In this document: piece by piece, positions 25,600 through 38,706 of the stretch
How positions within the stretch are numbered: the first letter of the stretch is position 1
How the letters are laid out: each line of letters opens with the position of its first letter
Assembly: GCA_002189035.1 (NCBI GenBank)
Contig: CM007989.1
Coordinates: forward strand, 4,278,001-4,342,000
Reading direction: 5' to 3'
DNA: 64,000 bases
Source of the DNA: Utricularia gibba
Taxonomy: Eukaryota > Plantae > Magnoliophyta
The notes under the pieces: model-generated
Database searches by the model: none
Seen by the model: the letters and a program-made list of their open reading frames with translations, nothing else
What the model was told of the DNA's origin: nothing
Translations under genes and position numbers: made by a program

Positions 25600-28500
25600 T
25601 AAAGATCATACACATAATTTTATCTTTTCTTTGGTGGAATCAAGTTCCAAACAAGTCTACAAACCAATGATTTTGATTTGTTTCCTTGTTGTCTTGGTTG
25701 GTGTATATCCATTGACGAGAAGGGTTCTTGTGATGATTGAGAATGTGAAAGTGAATACCTTGGAGTTATATATGTTGAATTTTCATCTAGATTCCAAGAG
25801 TTTTCCCTTATACGATGAGTGTCTTAACCTTGAATTTGAAGCAGTGGTCAATTGTTGAGACAACATAGTTGAATCTCTTCTTGATGGTGGCTCTGGTGTA
25901 GAAGAGACATCAAGTCATTCATCTAATGTGGATATATTGAAGTTAGCCTCAATAGAATTTGGATCTTACCTTGTTTGTTGATAATGATGATGTCTTCCTC
26001 TTCTTTGAAAATCATTTGTGTCCTTCAATCGTGTTTTTTGGGTCGGTCCTCTTTTCTTTGCTCTACGTCGTGATGGATCAACCAATAGCCAAAAAGGTGC
26101 TGGTCCCCATTTCCGCTCATCTCGAATAGGATAAACCTAACTACTATATGTATTAACAAGATAATGAGATCGATAGTAGTCACTTACTTTATCATTTGGA
26201 TTCACTTGAAAGTGATGAAATGCCTACAAAAAAAATGATAATTAGTTGTAAAATCATAATAGTGTAACATATATATTTCATTTTAATTTGCCTTTTCAGC
26301 ATGACAGTAGGAGTAGTGGTCACATTGCCAAACTCCACAATCCCATACTTGTTTTTTCACATTAATCTTGCAAGACTCTATCCCATCTCTTGTCTTGAAT
26401 GTGATTTCCACCTCTTGCTCAAAGGAATTGTAAACAGTTTTCACGCAATGCACTACTGAGTGCCTCCACATGATTTGTAGTGATGATAGTATGCATGTTT
26501 TCAATTGTTGAGTAAGGTTTGTACTCCATAAGAAAACGAAATAGAAGAACATAAATGTAACTTACTGATGGCCACCGTCATATAATAAAGTCCGCTGATT
26601 CAATGGAATTGCTTTCATATACTCAAATGCCTTTAAATTTTCACTGTTTAATGCTTTCATGGTATCTTCAAAATCTCTTCGTGTTTTTGCATATGATGCT
26701 CTTCAAAAAATCTCATCTAAATCTTTTGTTTTGCATCCAACATGAACCATGCAATTTTTCCGTATATGAAATGCGCAAAATATGTGCACTTCATGAGGTG
26801 GTGAAAAAGACTTATAGAGCTTATAAGCTGGTAAGAGTCTTGATCCTCGATCAGTCATTAGGCATACTTCTTGCATCCCACGTATCACATATATATCTAA
26901 TTGTTTCATAAAAAAATGTCCAATCTTCCCCTCCTTTACTTGATACAAAAGTATATGCAATTGGGCATACACAATAATTATCATTTATTGCAACAACACC
27001 AACAACTTGTAACCATAACGACCATATAAATGCGTAGCATCAATGCATAATATTGGTCTACAATGAAAGAAATCATCAATAGTGACTCCGATGGCCCATA
27101 ATACTCTGCAAAATATATAATTTTCATTCTCGTCTACCTCAATGTTATCCCATGTCATTATTGTTCCAGGATTCGTTCGACAAACCTCCTCTATATACCT
27201 CACCCCATACCGTAGCTCATATGTTTATACAACGTTGCAATAATAAGGACAATCAGAATGTTGTTTGTATTTTTGCCAACACATCACATGATACTGGATT
27301 TTATCATTGTGCATCACATAGTATTATAATGCAATATAGCATTGATGATCTCTTGTTCCTTCATTAAATGCATCCCAATTTGTAGTTGTTGATGATTTCT
27401 ACGATAATAATTAAGTTGAGGACCTTAGTCATTGGCATCAGCAAAACAATAGTCAATCTCTATATTATTCTCATATAATGATAAATTATGTTGTTTGTCT
27501 TCTTCAGGTAGTGGTTTGTCAGGAAATTTAACCTCTTCATCTGCGTAAAGAATATCTGCTACATGATCTTGTTCTTCAACATGACATTCATTTTCATAAA
27601 CACCACCTCTATTTATATCATAGAAATAAGTAGGTTCGGTATAATGTATACCTGAAAAATTTAGATTTATAAATATCAATGAATGATTCAAGAACTTAAA
27701 TTAATAAACATTTAACTTATGTAATCTCAAAAAAAAATAATATAAGTGATTACATAAATTAAAAAATAAATAAATGAATAATAAGATAATTCTAATAAAT
27801 AAAAAAATTCATTAAAATGAACATGAAAAATCTACTAAATAATTTAATTGGTAATAATTTAAACTTGCATATTAAATATAATATGTAACAAAATTATTAA
27901 ACCAAGTATATCGAAATGTTGGAAGCCTGCATCATCAATATTTTGTGTATAACTGGTTTTTTACTTGAATGCATTGGCGGATTGTTAGTATATATGTTCT
28001 AGAGACAATCAGCTTATTGACAAATCTTATCTTTTGATATTTATTTTGAATTGTGAACAAATTTATATCATTGATAAAATCCTCGATCTATGTGCTAGAA
28101 ATTATGATGAGATCATAATGTGAGATTCTTCAAACACTCATAATCAAGTTAAAACTCCCTGGCTAGAGTATTTGTGAAATGAGGATATCACAAATATAGA
28201 TAAGCTGGCACACATTGAGTTCCCTAAACTGTTTAGGCAATGGTTCTCACAATTGATGTAATGACATTACTAGAACCTATGTGTGGGTGTCGATTAGAGA
28301 ATCGATTCACTAGATGACTCATCTTCGAGATGCTACTATGGGAAGCTAACCAAGTGTCAATAGCAAGATCTCGAATATGACAACCGTGCAAGTAAACTTA
28401 GAGTTGAGGTCAACAAAGTTATTTTGATCTTAAGCTCACATTTTCACTCATTACTAATGAGAGTCTAACCATGGCTTTCATAGTATGGATGAATAGGGAT

Positions 28501-29900
28501 GTGACTCCTTAACGTTGGAGATAGTTGATTGATCAATAAAGGATTCATCACTCATGTTAGCGATGAGATCATATCTCAAGTAATTGCATCAAAACCTAAC
28601 ATTAAGTCCTAGGCCCAGGGTAATGACACTCGAATTGTTTGAGTAAGTCATTAAATGTTAGTACTTAAATGCAATTATAAGTTCGATACATCAGAAAGGC
28701 ACACACCCATGTTCTGGTATCGAATGAGATATAAGTATGATGAAAGCTTTTCATTGCATGGTGGCTAGTCATGGAAAGGCTCAATCAGTTCACCTGATTA
28801 TTCATTAATCTTCTGGATCATGATATATTGTTAGACATCACTCATGATCGATAATGATGGATTTGATTAATTAAGAGTTAATTAATAAATACATTATTAC
28901 GGTCTTGATTGAAGAAGCCTATAGGATCACAAACAACAGTGGAGTCATTCATTGATATAAAATAGAACGACACAATTACATGAGATGTAATTGGTAAAGT
29001 AGATAAATTAAATAGAGAGTTTGAAACATATACATATCTTCACAAGATGAGATCTTTGTGGAGATTTGATTTGATATGTCACCAAATATCTATCAAAAGA
29101 TTTAGATCAAAAAGATCCGTTTCTAGGTCTTCGTGCTCTCTGAGATTGATCCAGAAGGAGGCGTTTTTCTCTACTAATACCTGAGGAATTCGACCAGCAT
29201 TCAACAACCTTGAGAAGGTTATCGATAGAGTGCTCCATGTCTGGATATCATAGAGGCCGTCTGCTATTGGCGATTGATGAACAACGGAGTCCTCTAAAAG
29301 ATATTTTCAGCATCCCTTTGTCTGATTTATACCGTATTCCAAGATCTGTGTCGGGGGTTTCTCAAAATTTTTAAAATTTCGCTGCTTTTGTGACATACGA
29401 TGTCTACGAGAAACCCAACACAGATTTGTAAATACGTCAACAAAATCATCGAGTGTAGGATATTATGTAAATCATTTACATGAATATTGTAAAATTAACT
29501 TGAAGATTATCGAAAAAAAGTTTTAAAAAAAATTACTCACCTGTGTAGCTGGTAGTGACTTTAACATTCTTCGATTTTTTTGAAATATAAAAGTCAACAT
29601 CAAAAACTAAGTTATTTGAATTGAATACATAGCGAATTGTTGATAAATCATTGATTATAACTTCATTCATTATTCCAACTGCTTTATCAATAAACTTGGC
29701 CATAATTTCATAGTTATTTGGATGAATAACAATATCAAGCTCAATCTCAAATAATTTCTTAACACTTTCTTGAATAATATAAAACGCTTAACTTCAATAA
29801 AACCACATGAATCTTTATCATAGTAGGAGATACCATTAATATCTCTTCAAATTTGACCACCATAATACAATTTCAAACAAACTTTGAACATTGGAAGAGA
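25600..29900 (-). mobile_element. Degenerate Mutator-like (MULE/MuDR) transposase remnant
   Basis: MULE domain HCRPILCIDATHLYGRYGYKLL and SWIM finger CGVWQCDHYSYCHA, with many stops. TIRs were not identified, so boundaries are approximate. Confidence 0.75.
27917..29420 (+). mobile_element. Probable solo LTR (Copia-type) within the MULE remnant
   Basis: TGTTGG...CCAACA inverted termini, non-coding, GC shift relative to flanks. Flanking 5-mers do not match (CGAAA/CAGAT). Confidence 0.55.
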
Positions 29901-31129
29901 AATGAAAAATGAGAATTGTTAAAAAAAATACTTGTTTGTTATCATTAATTTATCATCATTCTTTTATAGAAATTTTTTTAGATATTTTCTTACTTGTGAA
30001 TTCATTTTAGATCACATATTAAATATCAATAACATTTGTGGTTATAAATCAATAACATTTTGATTTAATTAGATATTTTTAGTGCAAATGCTTTTTAGTC
30101 ACAAATTCTTGTTTTTAAAAAATATAACTTTTAATAATACGAATTTTTATATTATTGATATTCAATGAGTATAAATATGATCAAATTTATATTGATAAGT
30201 ACTTATTATTGATACTAAATTAGGTTTATATTAAAGTTTATGATATAGCTATAATATTAAATTTTTGATTCATTTTATATGAATTCATTATTATTAAAAT
30301 ACCTAAAGTTTTGTTTAAATTGAAATATTTTAATTGAAAGCAAATGTGAAATATTTTTTGTTAATATTTGTATTTTATTCATAAAATTTTAAAAATTTTA
30401 CTAAATATTATAATTATATATTTATGTTTGTTGTTTGTTTATTAAAAAATGTATTAAAAACATGGCAAGTAAATTGTAATATTATAAAATTTGTGGCATA
30501 TGGACTTCATTGTTCATTGGATTTGTTAATATTTTGATTTATAAAAATGTTTTGAATGTGAATAATTTTTATCTTATTAAAGTATAAAATTTAAAAAAAT
30601 TTAACTTTTTTATTCTATCGGTATCTATTGAACATAAATATTATCAGATTGAGAAAGACAAATGTTTATAATCTCAATTCATGACTTATATTATAAATGT
30701 TGATATTTATTTTTTAATCATTATTTTTTCTTTGTCAATAATGTGATATCATTGAGAAAATCAATGATATCACATTCTTTGAACAAAAATGTGATATGAT
30801 TGAGAAAATCAAATCTTTTGTATTAATATCAATTCATGATTTATATTATAATTCTATATTGTTAGTTTTTAATCATCATTTTTTTCTTTGTCAATAAAAT
30901 TAATATGTTTCAATATTTTTTTAATAGTAATAATTCATAGTATTAGAGATAAACTAATATATTTAATATATCATATTATATATTTCAATAAAATAAAAAC
31001 AACTTCAATTTTAATGAAGTAAAAATAACACAATTACGGTAGTTATGCGCAAAAATATAAAAATAGGCAGTAAAACTAAATTTTTGTAGCACAATATGAA
31101 TATTTTCTATGTACTTAATCACTCAAAAA

Positions 31130-32420
31130 TATGTGTTATAAGAAGCCAATGGTGAAGAACACAAAATACTAAGAATGAAAAAAGCCTTGTATGGCTTAAA
31201 ACAGGCTCCAAGAGCTTGGAATGAAAGAATTATCAAATTCCTTGAATCTGAAGGCTTCATCCAAACGCACAATGAGCAAACCCCATTTTATAAAGAGGAA
31301 AACGGCCAGAAACTATTGGTGAGCATATATATGTAGATGATCTGCTCATCACTTCAAGCAACAGTTTTTTTTGTAGACGATTTGAAAGCAAAACTGAAGG
31401 GGGAGTTCGAAATGACATACCTAGGATTGATGCGTTTCTATTTGGGACTTGAAATTATGCAGGTACCGACAAAAGGCACTTTCTTGTGCCAAAGAAATTA
31501 TTCACATGAGTTACTCACGAAATTAGAGATGGACGAGGCAAATGGAAGCCTCACTCCTATGCTGCCAAAAATATCTCTTGATCACTCACCTGATGAGACA
31601 GATGTAGATCCCATGTTTTACAGAAGCTTGATCACTCACCTAATTTATCTCAACCACTCCAGACTTGATTTATGCTACTCTGTGAACATTCTTTCCAGAT
31701 TTATGAAGGCCCCTAAAGTCTCTCACCTCATTGCAACCAAACAGATCCTACGTTTCATCAAGAAAACGCTAGACTATGGCATTTTTTTATCCCTGCTCAA
31801 AGAATGAACCACCAAAAATCTCAGGCTTCTGTAACAGTGATTATGCTCGGAGCACGAATTGCAAAAGCACATCTGGATATATTTTTTACCTAAACAACAG
31901 TCCCTTCTCCTGGAACACAAAGAGACAATTTGTAGTGGCTCAGTCCATGGTGGACACAGAATACACCTCTGCATCTTCAGCCTCAAATAAGGCAATGTGG
32001 GTTAGGCATATGCTTGAGAGAATTGGAATGATTCAATCAAAACCTACAGTTCTATATATGGATAACATGACCGCTATATAGATTGCAAACAATTCATCTC
32101 AATTCAGCAAAGCCAAACACATCCAGGTATGCTTTCATGCAATTCGAGATGCAATCAAGAAAAACAGACTTATAGTTCAATATGTTGAGAGCAGTGGGCA
32201 ACGTGCGGACATTCTCATAAAGCCCCTTGGAAAAACTCTTTTTGAGAAGTTCAAATCTGAAATTAGCATAGGAAACATCACTAGTGTGGTGAAAATTGAG
32301 TCCGAGGAAGATCAGGGGAGTGTTGAAAGCCTTCCTCAGCTGAAGAACCAGAAGGGGCAATGTAGTTATGAGGAAACAGACAATGGGTGCGAGTCTAATG
32401 TGCTCAAGAAGAACTAAAGA
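31130..32420 (+). mobile_element. Ty1/Copia RT-RNaseH fragment
   Basis: KKALYGLKQAPRAW, SIYVDDL, GFCNSDYA...KSTSGYIF, KAKHIQVCFHAIRD; frameshifted. Confidence 0.85.
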
Positions 32421-34034
32421 ATTCGCCTACTGAAAAATCTGGTCACCTTCTGACTTTATTTTGTTTTTGGGGCTTCAATGGGTCAGCAGACACAATTCTA
32501 CATGAATTATGGGACATATTTAAATTGTATCAAAAAAACCCTAGCTTGCAAGCTGTTGCACAAACTGGTTTTTGGTGAAATGTCTGCCGTTCTCATTCTC
32601 TCATTACTATTTCATCAAATTAGATCTAAACCCAAAATTCATCATACGTGTTCATCTTCTTCACAGCGCTGAGTTAGTAGAAAAACTGTAAGTTCATCGT
32701 TGATTGCCTCTAGTGAACAACGTTCCCTTGCCCGTGGTTTTTTCCTTTCGGGTTCGAAGTAAATTCTGTGTTGTTTTTACTTTCTTCGTCAAAACACACG
32801 AAACAGATTAAAAAATGGGAATGAAAACTAGCGCTCAGTTTATAACAAATGGTATCGAAGCTGTGGTTTGACCTCGTGTATAAGAGATTTCAGCTATTCA
32901 AACTATTGTTAACCTCTCTGTATTTTCTGGTTTTCTGGTCTTCTGGATTTTCTGGTTTTCTTAGACTTCTGGACTTGTAATCTTTATATTTATCTCTTTG
33001 GATTTCTCAAGCGTTATTTGCTACTTTGTTGTGAAAATATCATTCAGACAGCACACTATGGCAACCATAACATGTGTGTTGTGTGTCGTTTCCTCAATAA
33101 ATTTTGAATATTTAAAACATAAAACAGAAAAGAGCGTAGTACGAGCATCGATTTGAGAGAGTTGTTTTTCGTGAAAAGTGTTTTGTAGAAAGCTTTTACA
33201 AAATGTCACGGTTTTGCAAATGTGAGTTTTTGAGATGCAGAAATAAAATTTACAACCTAAGTGATGGGCATTAACTACGGGACGTAATTCCTGGAAATGA
33301 GATTCCGTCTCCTTCCTTTTTCTATTCTCGCCTCGGTTTTCACTCATTCCTTCTGAATAGCTGATTATAGAAGCAAAGAATAGCTTACTCTCTCTTACAC
33401 TCTGATTGACAAGGAGACAAGGGAATAGCCTCATGTGATTCCCCCCTTGGACAATCAAGAAGACAAGAGGATTGTCATCGATTGCCTTCAAAACCAAATT
33501 GCACGCATGTGCCCAACTGTTGCCAATGGCCAATGGCAGGTTCAAGGTCACAACATGTCCATTGTCGCGGTACCTAGGCCACAAACAATCTGCTACTTCC
33601 CTCGAATCGGTAGGGTTGGAGTTGGTGCTCTTCACCTTGATCTTCATCAAAATCCGCGAGGAGTGCCTACTACTCATGAACCTTGAGTAGGTGTCGTTAC
33701 AGAAAGACTGCAACAAGATGCGTGGAAGTATGCAAAATCCAAAATGAATTCAGCGAAGAACTGAGTGTATTACTTAGGACTTGGAAGGAAACTTCATCTT
33801 CTCCCAGAAACTAAAAGGTTTTAGCCACAAAGGGCTATAAAAACATAAACGAAACCCTTCCAAAAGATCCGAAAATAAGTATTTCAAGTTGCTTTTATCT
33901 CACGCCTCACATGCATTAACTCCTTTGAGTTCCCTTCCCATCATTCCTTCTGTCTTGTGCGCCACCAGCTTTTCTTTACATGCAAGTTAGTGCCCAATCA
34001 TTTATGTAGACTCTGACATACCGTAAGTCAAGGG

Positions 34035-37000
34035 TAGAGATGTCAATGGGTCGTGGTCTACCCAAACCCGAACCGAAACCAACCCGAACTGGTTCAGTTT
34101 CGGGCCAAGAAATGCTAACTATTTTTCGGGTTCGGGTTGTTTGACATGGACCCAACAAGCTATCGGGTTGGGTTCGGGTTTAGCTTTCTAAAACCCGTAG
34201 ATCCGGATCCGAACCGATGCACAAATATTTTTAAAATATTAATAAAATTTAATTTCTTAATGGTCTTAATAAGTAATATATCCTTAACCCTAATTCATCT
34301 TTTCAACTTTTAAAATCATCACAGTGGTAACTTGAAGAGTATATACTGCATCATTTTCGAATTTCTGTTTTGCAACGCTTTGAATTGTGGTTGAATATTT
34401 TTTTTGCTTTTTTTGTTCAATAGTTCTGTGATTATTTTTTATTGTTTTTTTTATTGATTAACTTTTTTCCCATTTTTGACTTGCATGCTCCAATCGATAG
34501 ATGGGTCTCTTATTGTGCATTTTTTATTTTTTAGTTTTAGGGTTTAGCGAGCAATAGATGGGTTTCTTAATGGCTAGTACCACTAGCTAGTAAGCACACC
34601 ACACACACCATTTGAATATGGAACTAAAATTATTATTTTTTAGAAAAAAGTTTCTTATTTTTTAGAAACTTTGAATTTTGAAATAACCAAGTTTTAGATA
34701 TTACTTTTTGTTCCTTTTTTTACCATTTCATATAAAATCTAAATTCCTAATTCCAACCTTATGTTTGTATTTTTAATTTCTATAGATGACATCTCAGCAA
34801 GACAGTTCACAAGCATGCATTCCGTTATTGGGATCTCTAGATCAAGGTAGCGGTGGAGTTGATGATGATAATGATCAAGTGAAGGAAGCTGTTGAAATTT
34901 CAGATGATGACGGTAGAATCTCTAAAAAAAGAAAACTAAAATCTCATATATGGGAGCACTTCAAGCGATTCCATGATGATAAGACAAATGAATGGAAAGC
35001 TCAATGCACAAAAAAGTCATGAGTGGAGATACAAAAAATGGTGCGAAATCTTTTAAAAGACATTTCAAAGATACTATGAATATTAAGCAAGCTATTTTGA
35101 AGATGGGAAACTCTGGAAATATTGAAAAATTTGTGTTTGATCAAGATCAATCAAGAGAAAACTTTGCAAAACTGATTATATTGCATGATTATCCACTAAG
35201 TATGGTAGATCGTGTTGGTTTTAGGAATTTTTGTGCTAGTTTGAATATAAGTTTTAAAGCTATTACCAGAAATACATTGAGGTGTGATGTTCTTACTCTA
35301 TATGCCAAGTATAAATCCATGTAATACAAAGAGTTAAAAAAGGTAAAAAGTTGAATTGCTGTAACAACTGATATGTGGACATCTCAGAATAACAATAAAG
35401 GATTTATGGCAATTACGGCTCATTAAATTGATGAGAATTGGTCATTGAAAAGTTTTATTCTAAGGTATATTTTATTTGATGAATATGATCTTGATAGTGA
35501 TTATTGGCTATTGCACTTTAAATTTAATGCAGTATTTTTTTTTTCCAAATTTGTATTTGTTCTTGCACCACATACCGGAGAAGCAATTTCTGGAGCTTTG
35601 GTAGAAACTTTTGTTGAATGGAATATGGATCGTAAATTATGTATAATTACAGTGGACAATTGTTCAACAAAATGACAAAGTTCTAGGTTTACTTCTACAT
35701 AAACTTATGAGAAAGGATTTGATCTTAAATGGGAAGATACTTCATGTACGCTGCAATGCTCACATTCTTAATTTGATTGTGCAAGTAGGTTTGACAGAGA
35801 TTGAAGGTGTGATTGATAAAATGCGTGCTGGTGTAGTGTATTGGACAACTTCAGCGAACAGAGTTGAAAAATTTGAGCATGCATGTCGCCAATGCAATAT
35901 TCCTTATGAGAAGAAGTTATCTTATGATTGTAAGATTTTTTGGAACTGATAAACGGAAATTTCCAAATATCGTTGCAAAAATAGAAATTTTGTTATCAAA
36001 TAAATTTATAATCCCTAATCTACACAAAATACAAATTTAGAAAACTTGTATAGTGGATATCGGGGTCGATCATGAAGAGCTTGTGCTTGCTAAGTGTTTT
36101 AGTAAATGCATAATTTGGGATAACATGAAGTCTTAGTCTAAGCTCGGACCAACAATGGTAAACAAGTTCGGTAAATAAGATAAGTAAACAATATCATGTC
36201 TTAATGCTAAGGTAACAAATACTGGTTCTAACTTAGAATAATACTAAAATGCCTTAAGGGTCTGCAGGTGGTGTAGTGTCAAAATCCCTAATTTAATCTA
36301 TCATGTTCCCACATTAACAACTTCAAATAACCTAAGTCTACCCAAGTCATTCACCATGTTTTCGGCTAAGCTAGTCCCCCATATTATCACAAACATTGCA
36401 ATTAGGTCTACCCGCATGCAAAGCATATATAACTAGGTCTACCCGGTTCTACTAGTTCCACCCCGAACTAACACCTACTGCTCACGTCTTCATTTGTTAG
36501 TCTACCTATAAATCAAGCATCTATGTTGTGAATCTATTTGTTCCTCTCCTTAGGTCTACCCATGGTTTGATAGAAACAAGAGCTAAAGAACAATGGTAAA
36601 TTTTATTAAGATTCCTAGATCCACACCACCATGCTTCACCTCAAGGCACTCATAGGGTTTAGCTACTCATGCTTTGAAGGTAAAATATGATAACATTAAC
36701 ATAAAGCAATGAAACTGTCAAGAACATTGTGAAAGAGTTGGCTGCAGAAACTGAAAACATCAACAAACGAAAATAAAGCAGTAAGAGTGCTGGTTTCCGT
36801 CTGCTACTGTTCTCTAGCCGGAACAGTAGCTCTAGATTGGGCTCTTATGCTGTTCTTGAGTATGAAGATCTTCTTCTCCTCTCCTGATTCAGTACTCGTC
36901 GTGTTGAGGGAGAAGCCCCCTCCTCGGGTCTGCCTATCTTCTCTTCCTTCTTCCTTCTCCAAAAATAACTTCACATTTTTTTTCCATTTTTCAAAATCAT

Positions 37001-38706
37001 TCCACTGTTCCTAACATCTATACTGTTCCTGGCGTAAACCTGCAGACTGTAGGCGGCTGAATAGTGCATTATGTCTCCTCTTTTAATGCTGTTCATTCCT
37101 CCAAATCTCTACATGCACGAAATTCATGTCTCCTCCCTAATTTTATAACTTTTCTACTGGACTAGAAAAAATGTTAATAACATGGGATGGGTTAAATTAA
37201 AGGATTTAACCCATTAACACATAAAATCACATTATGTCCTAAAATTTTGTAAAAATATTAAAAACTATAAGATAAACACTTAAAACATGATTCAAAAGCA
37301 TAATTTTCTTACTCTAATAATAGAAAAATTTGTGTGTTATCAGGAACTCTACTTATTTAATGCTGAAATCTGTCTTCCCTTATAAAGATGTATTTCCAAG
37401 ACTTTCTCAAATGGATAAGGGGTACAAAAACCCTCCTAATGATGAAAATTGGATAGAGGCAATGAAAGTAGCTGAGCACTTGCAAGTATTCCACCATGCA
37501 ACTTTAGTTTTCTCTGGTACACAATATCCTACTTCAAATCTTTTTTTTTCATACAGTATGTGATATGAAAATCAAGCTTCATAATTGGGAGAAAAGCTCA
37601 GATGAAATAGTTTGTAAGATGGCAAGTAAAATGATAGTGAAGTTCTCTAAATATTAGGATACATGCTATTTATTATTGGGAGTAGCTGCTGTTCTTGATC
37701 CGAGGTATAAAATGAAAGTGGTGGAGTTTTATTTTCCCTTGATTTATGGATATGATTCTGCAAAAAAAATTAAAGAATTCTGGAAAAATGTTGAAGATTT
37801 ATATGATGAGTACAAATCTCGGTTTGATTCTGATATTCTCTCAAACAATTTTGGTGCTTCTAGAAAAAATATGACTTCATCTTGCTCCATTATTTATGAT
37901 TATGATGATCAAAATATTTCAATGTTTGATCAATATATGGCTCAAGGGATTGAGAATTTCAGTGATTCTAATGTCTCAAAACTAGACTCTTACATAATGG
38001 AACCAATAGTATCAAAAAAGGATAACTTTAATATACTTTCTTGGTGGCAACTATATGGAAATTCATATCCTATTTTGAAGAAGATTGCCATGGACATTTT
38101 AGCTATTCCTATTTCCACCGTTGCTTCGGAGTCTGTATTTAGCATGAGTGGAAATATTGTTACGGATATTCGAAGTAGACTTGATGATGATATTTTGGAA
38201 GCTTTGATGGTTGGCCGTCATTGGGCTTGGAATGACATTAATGGTAAGTACAAGTTTAATAAGATTATTTGTGTGTTTATGTTATTGATTTACTTTTTGT
38301 GTTATTGCTTTTATTGTTTCAGGAGCATGTTCTACAAGAGAGTCTTCTGCATGGGTGCAAAAACATGAAGTTGAAGATAAAAAAGAAGAACCGTATATTC
38401 ATGGATTTAGAGAGTAAAATAATTTACATTTTTTTATAACCTTATTTAATTTAAATTGTTGAATTGAATTTATTTTTCGTATTAATTTTGATATCATATT
38501 ATTTTAAGATAAAACATAAAAAAAAATTTGATATAGTTTTAAGTAGGTTAGAACCAAAACTGAAACCAAACCCATTGGGTCTTCTTTTTCAGGTTTGGGT
38601 TTGGGTCCTGCTAGGTCTGGTTTGGGTTGAGACTCAGTAAGGGGTTCCTTGGGTCGGGTTCGATTTTGAGGATACCCGAACCGAACCCGGACCATTGACA
38701 TCTCTA
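34035..38706 (+). mobile_element. hAT (Ac/Sleeper-like) DNA transposon, pseudogenised transposase
   Basis: 15-bp TIR TAGAGATGTCAATGG at both ends and 8-bp TSD GTCAAGGG/GTCAGGGG (7/8). BED finger (KSHIWEHFK), HVRCNAHILNLIVQ, WNSTYLML and dimerisation domain (ILAIPISTVASESVFS). AACCCG subterminal repeats. Confidence 0.92.
35947..37342 (-). mobile_element. Solo LTR of family C, inside the hAT transposase
   Basis: TGATAAAC...TTATCA ends with TSD GGAAC (35942-35946/37343-37347). Homologous to 9376-10736. Removing it restores FWN|STYLML. Confidence 0.9.

Noticed and set aside
16938-33716. Related ORFs at 16938-17213, 21308-21689 and 33021-33716
   Set aside because: Inside family D LTRs; the similarity switches frames between copies, so there is no evidence for a conserved protein.
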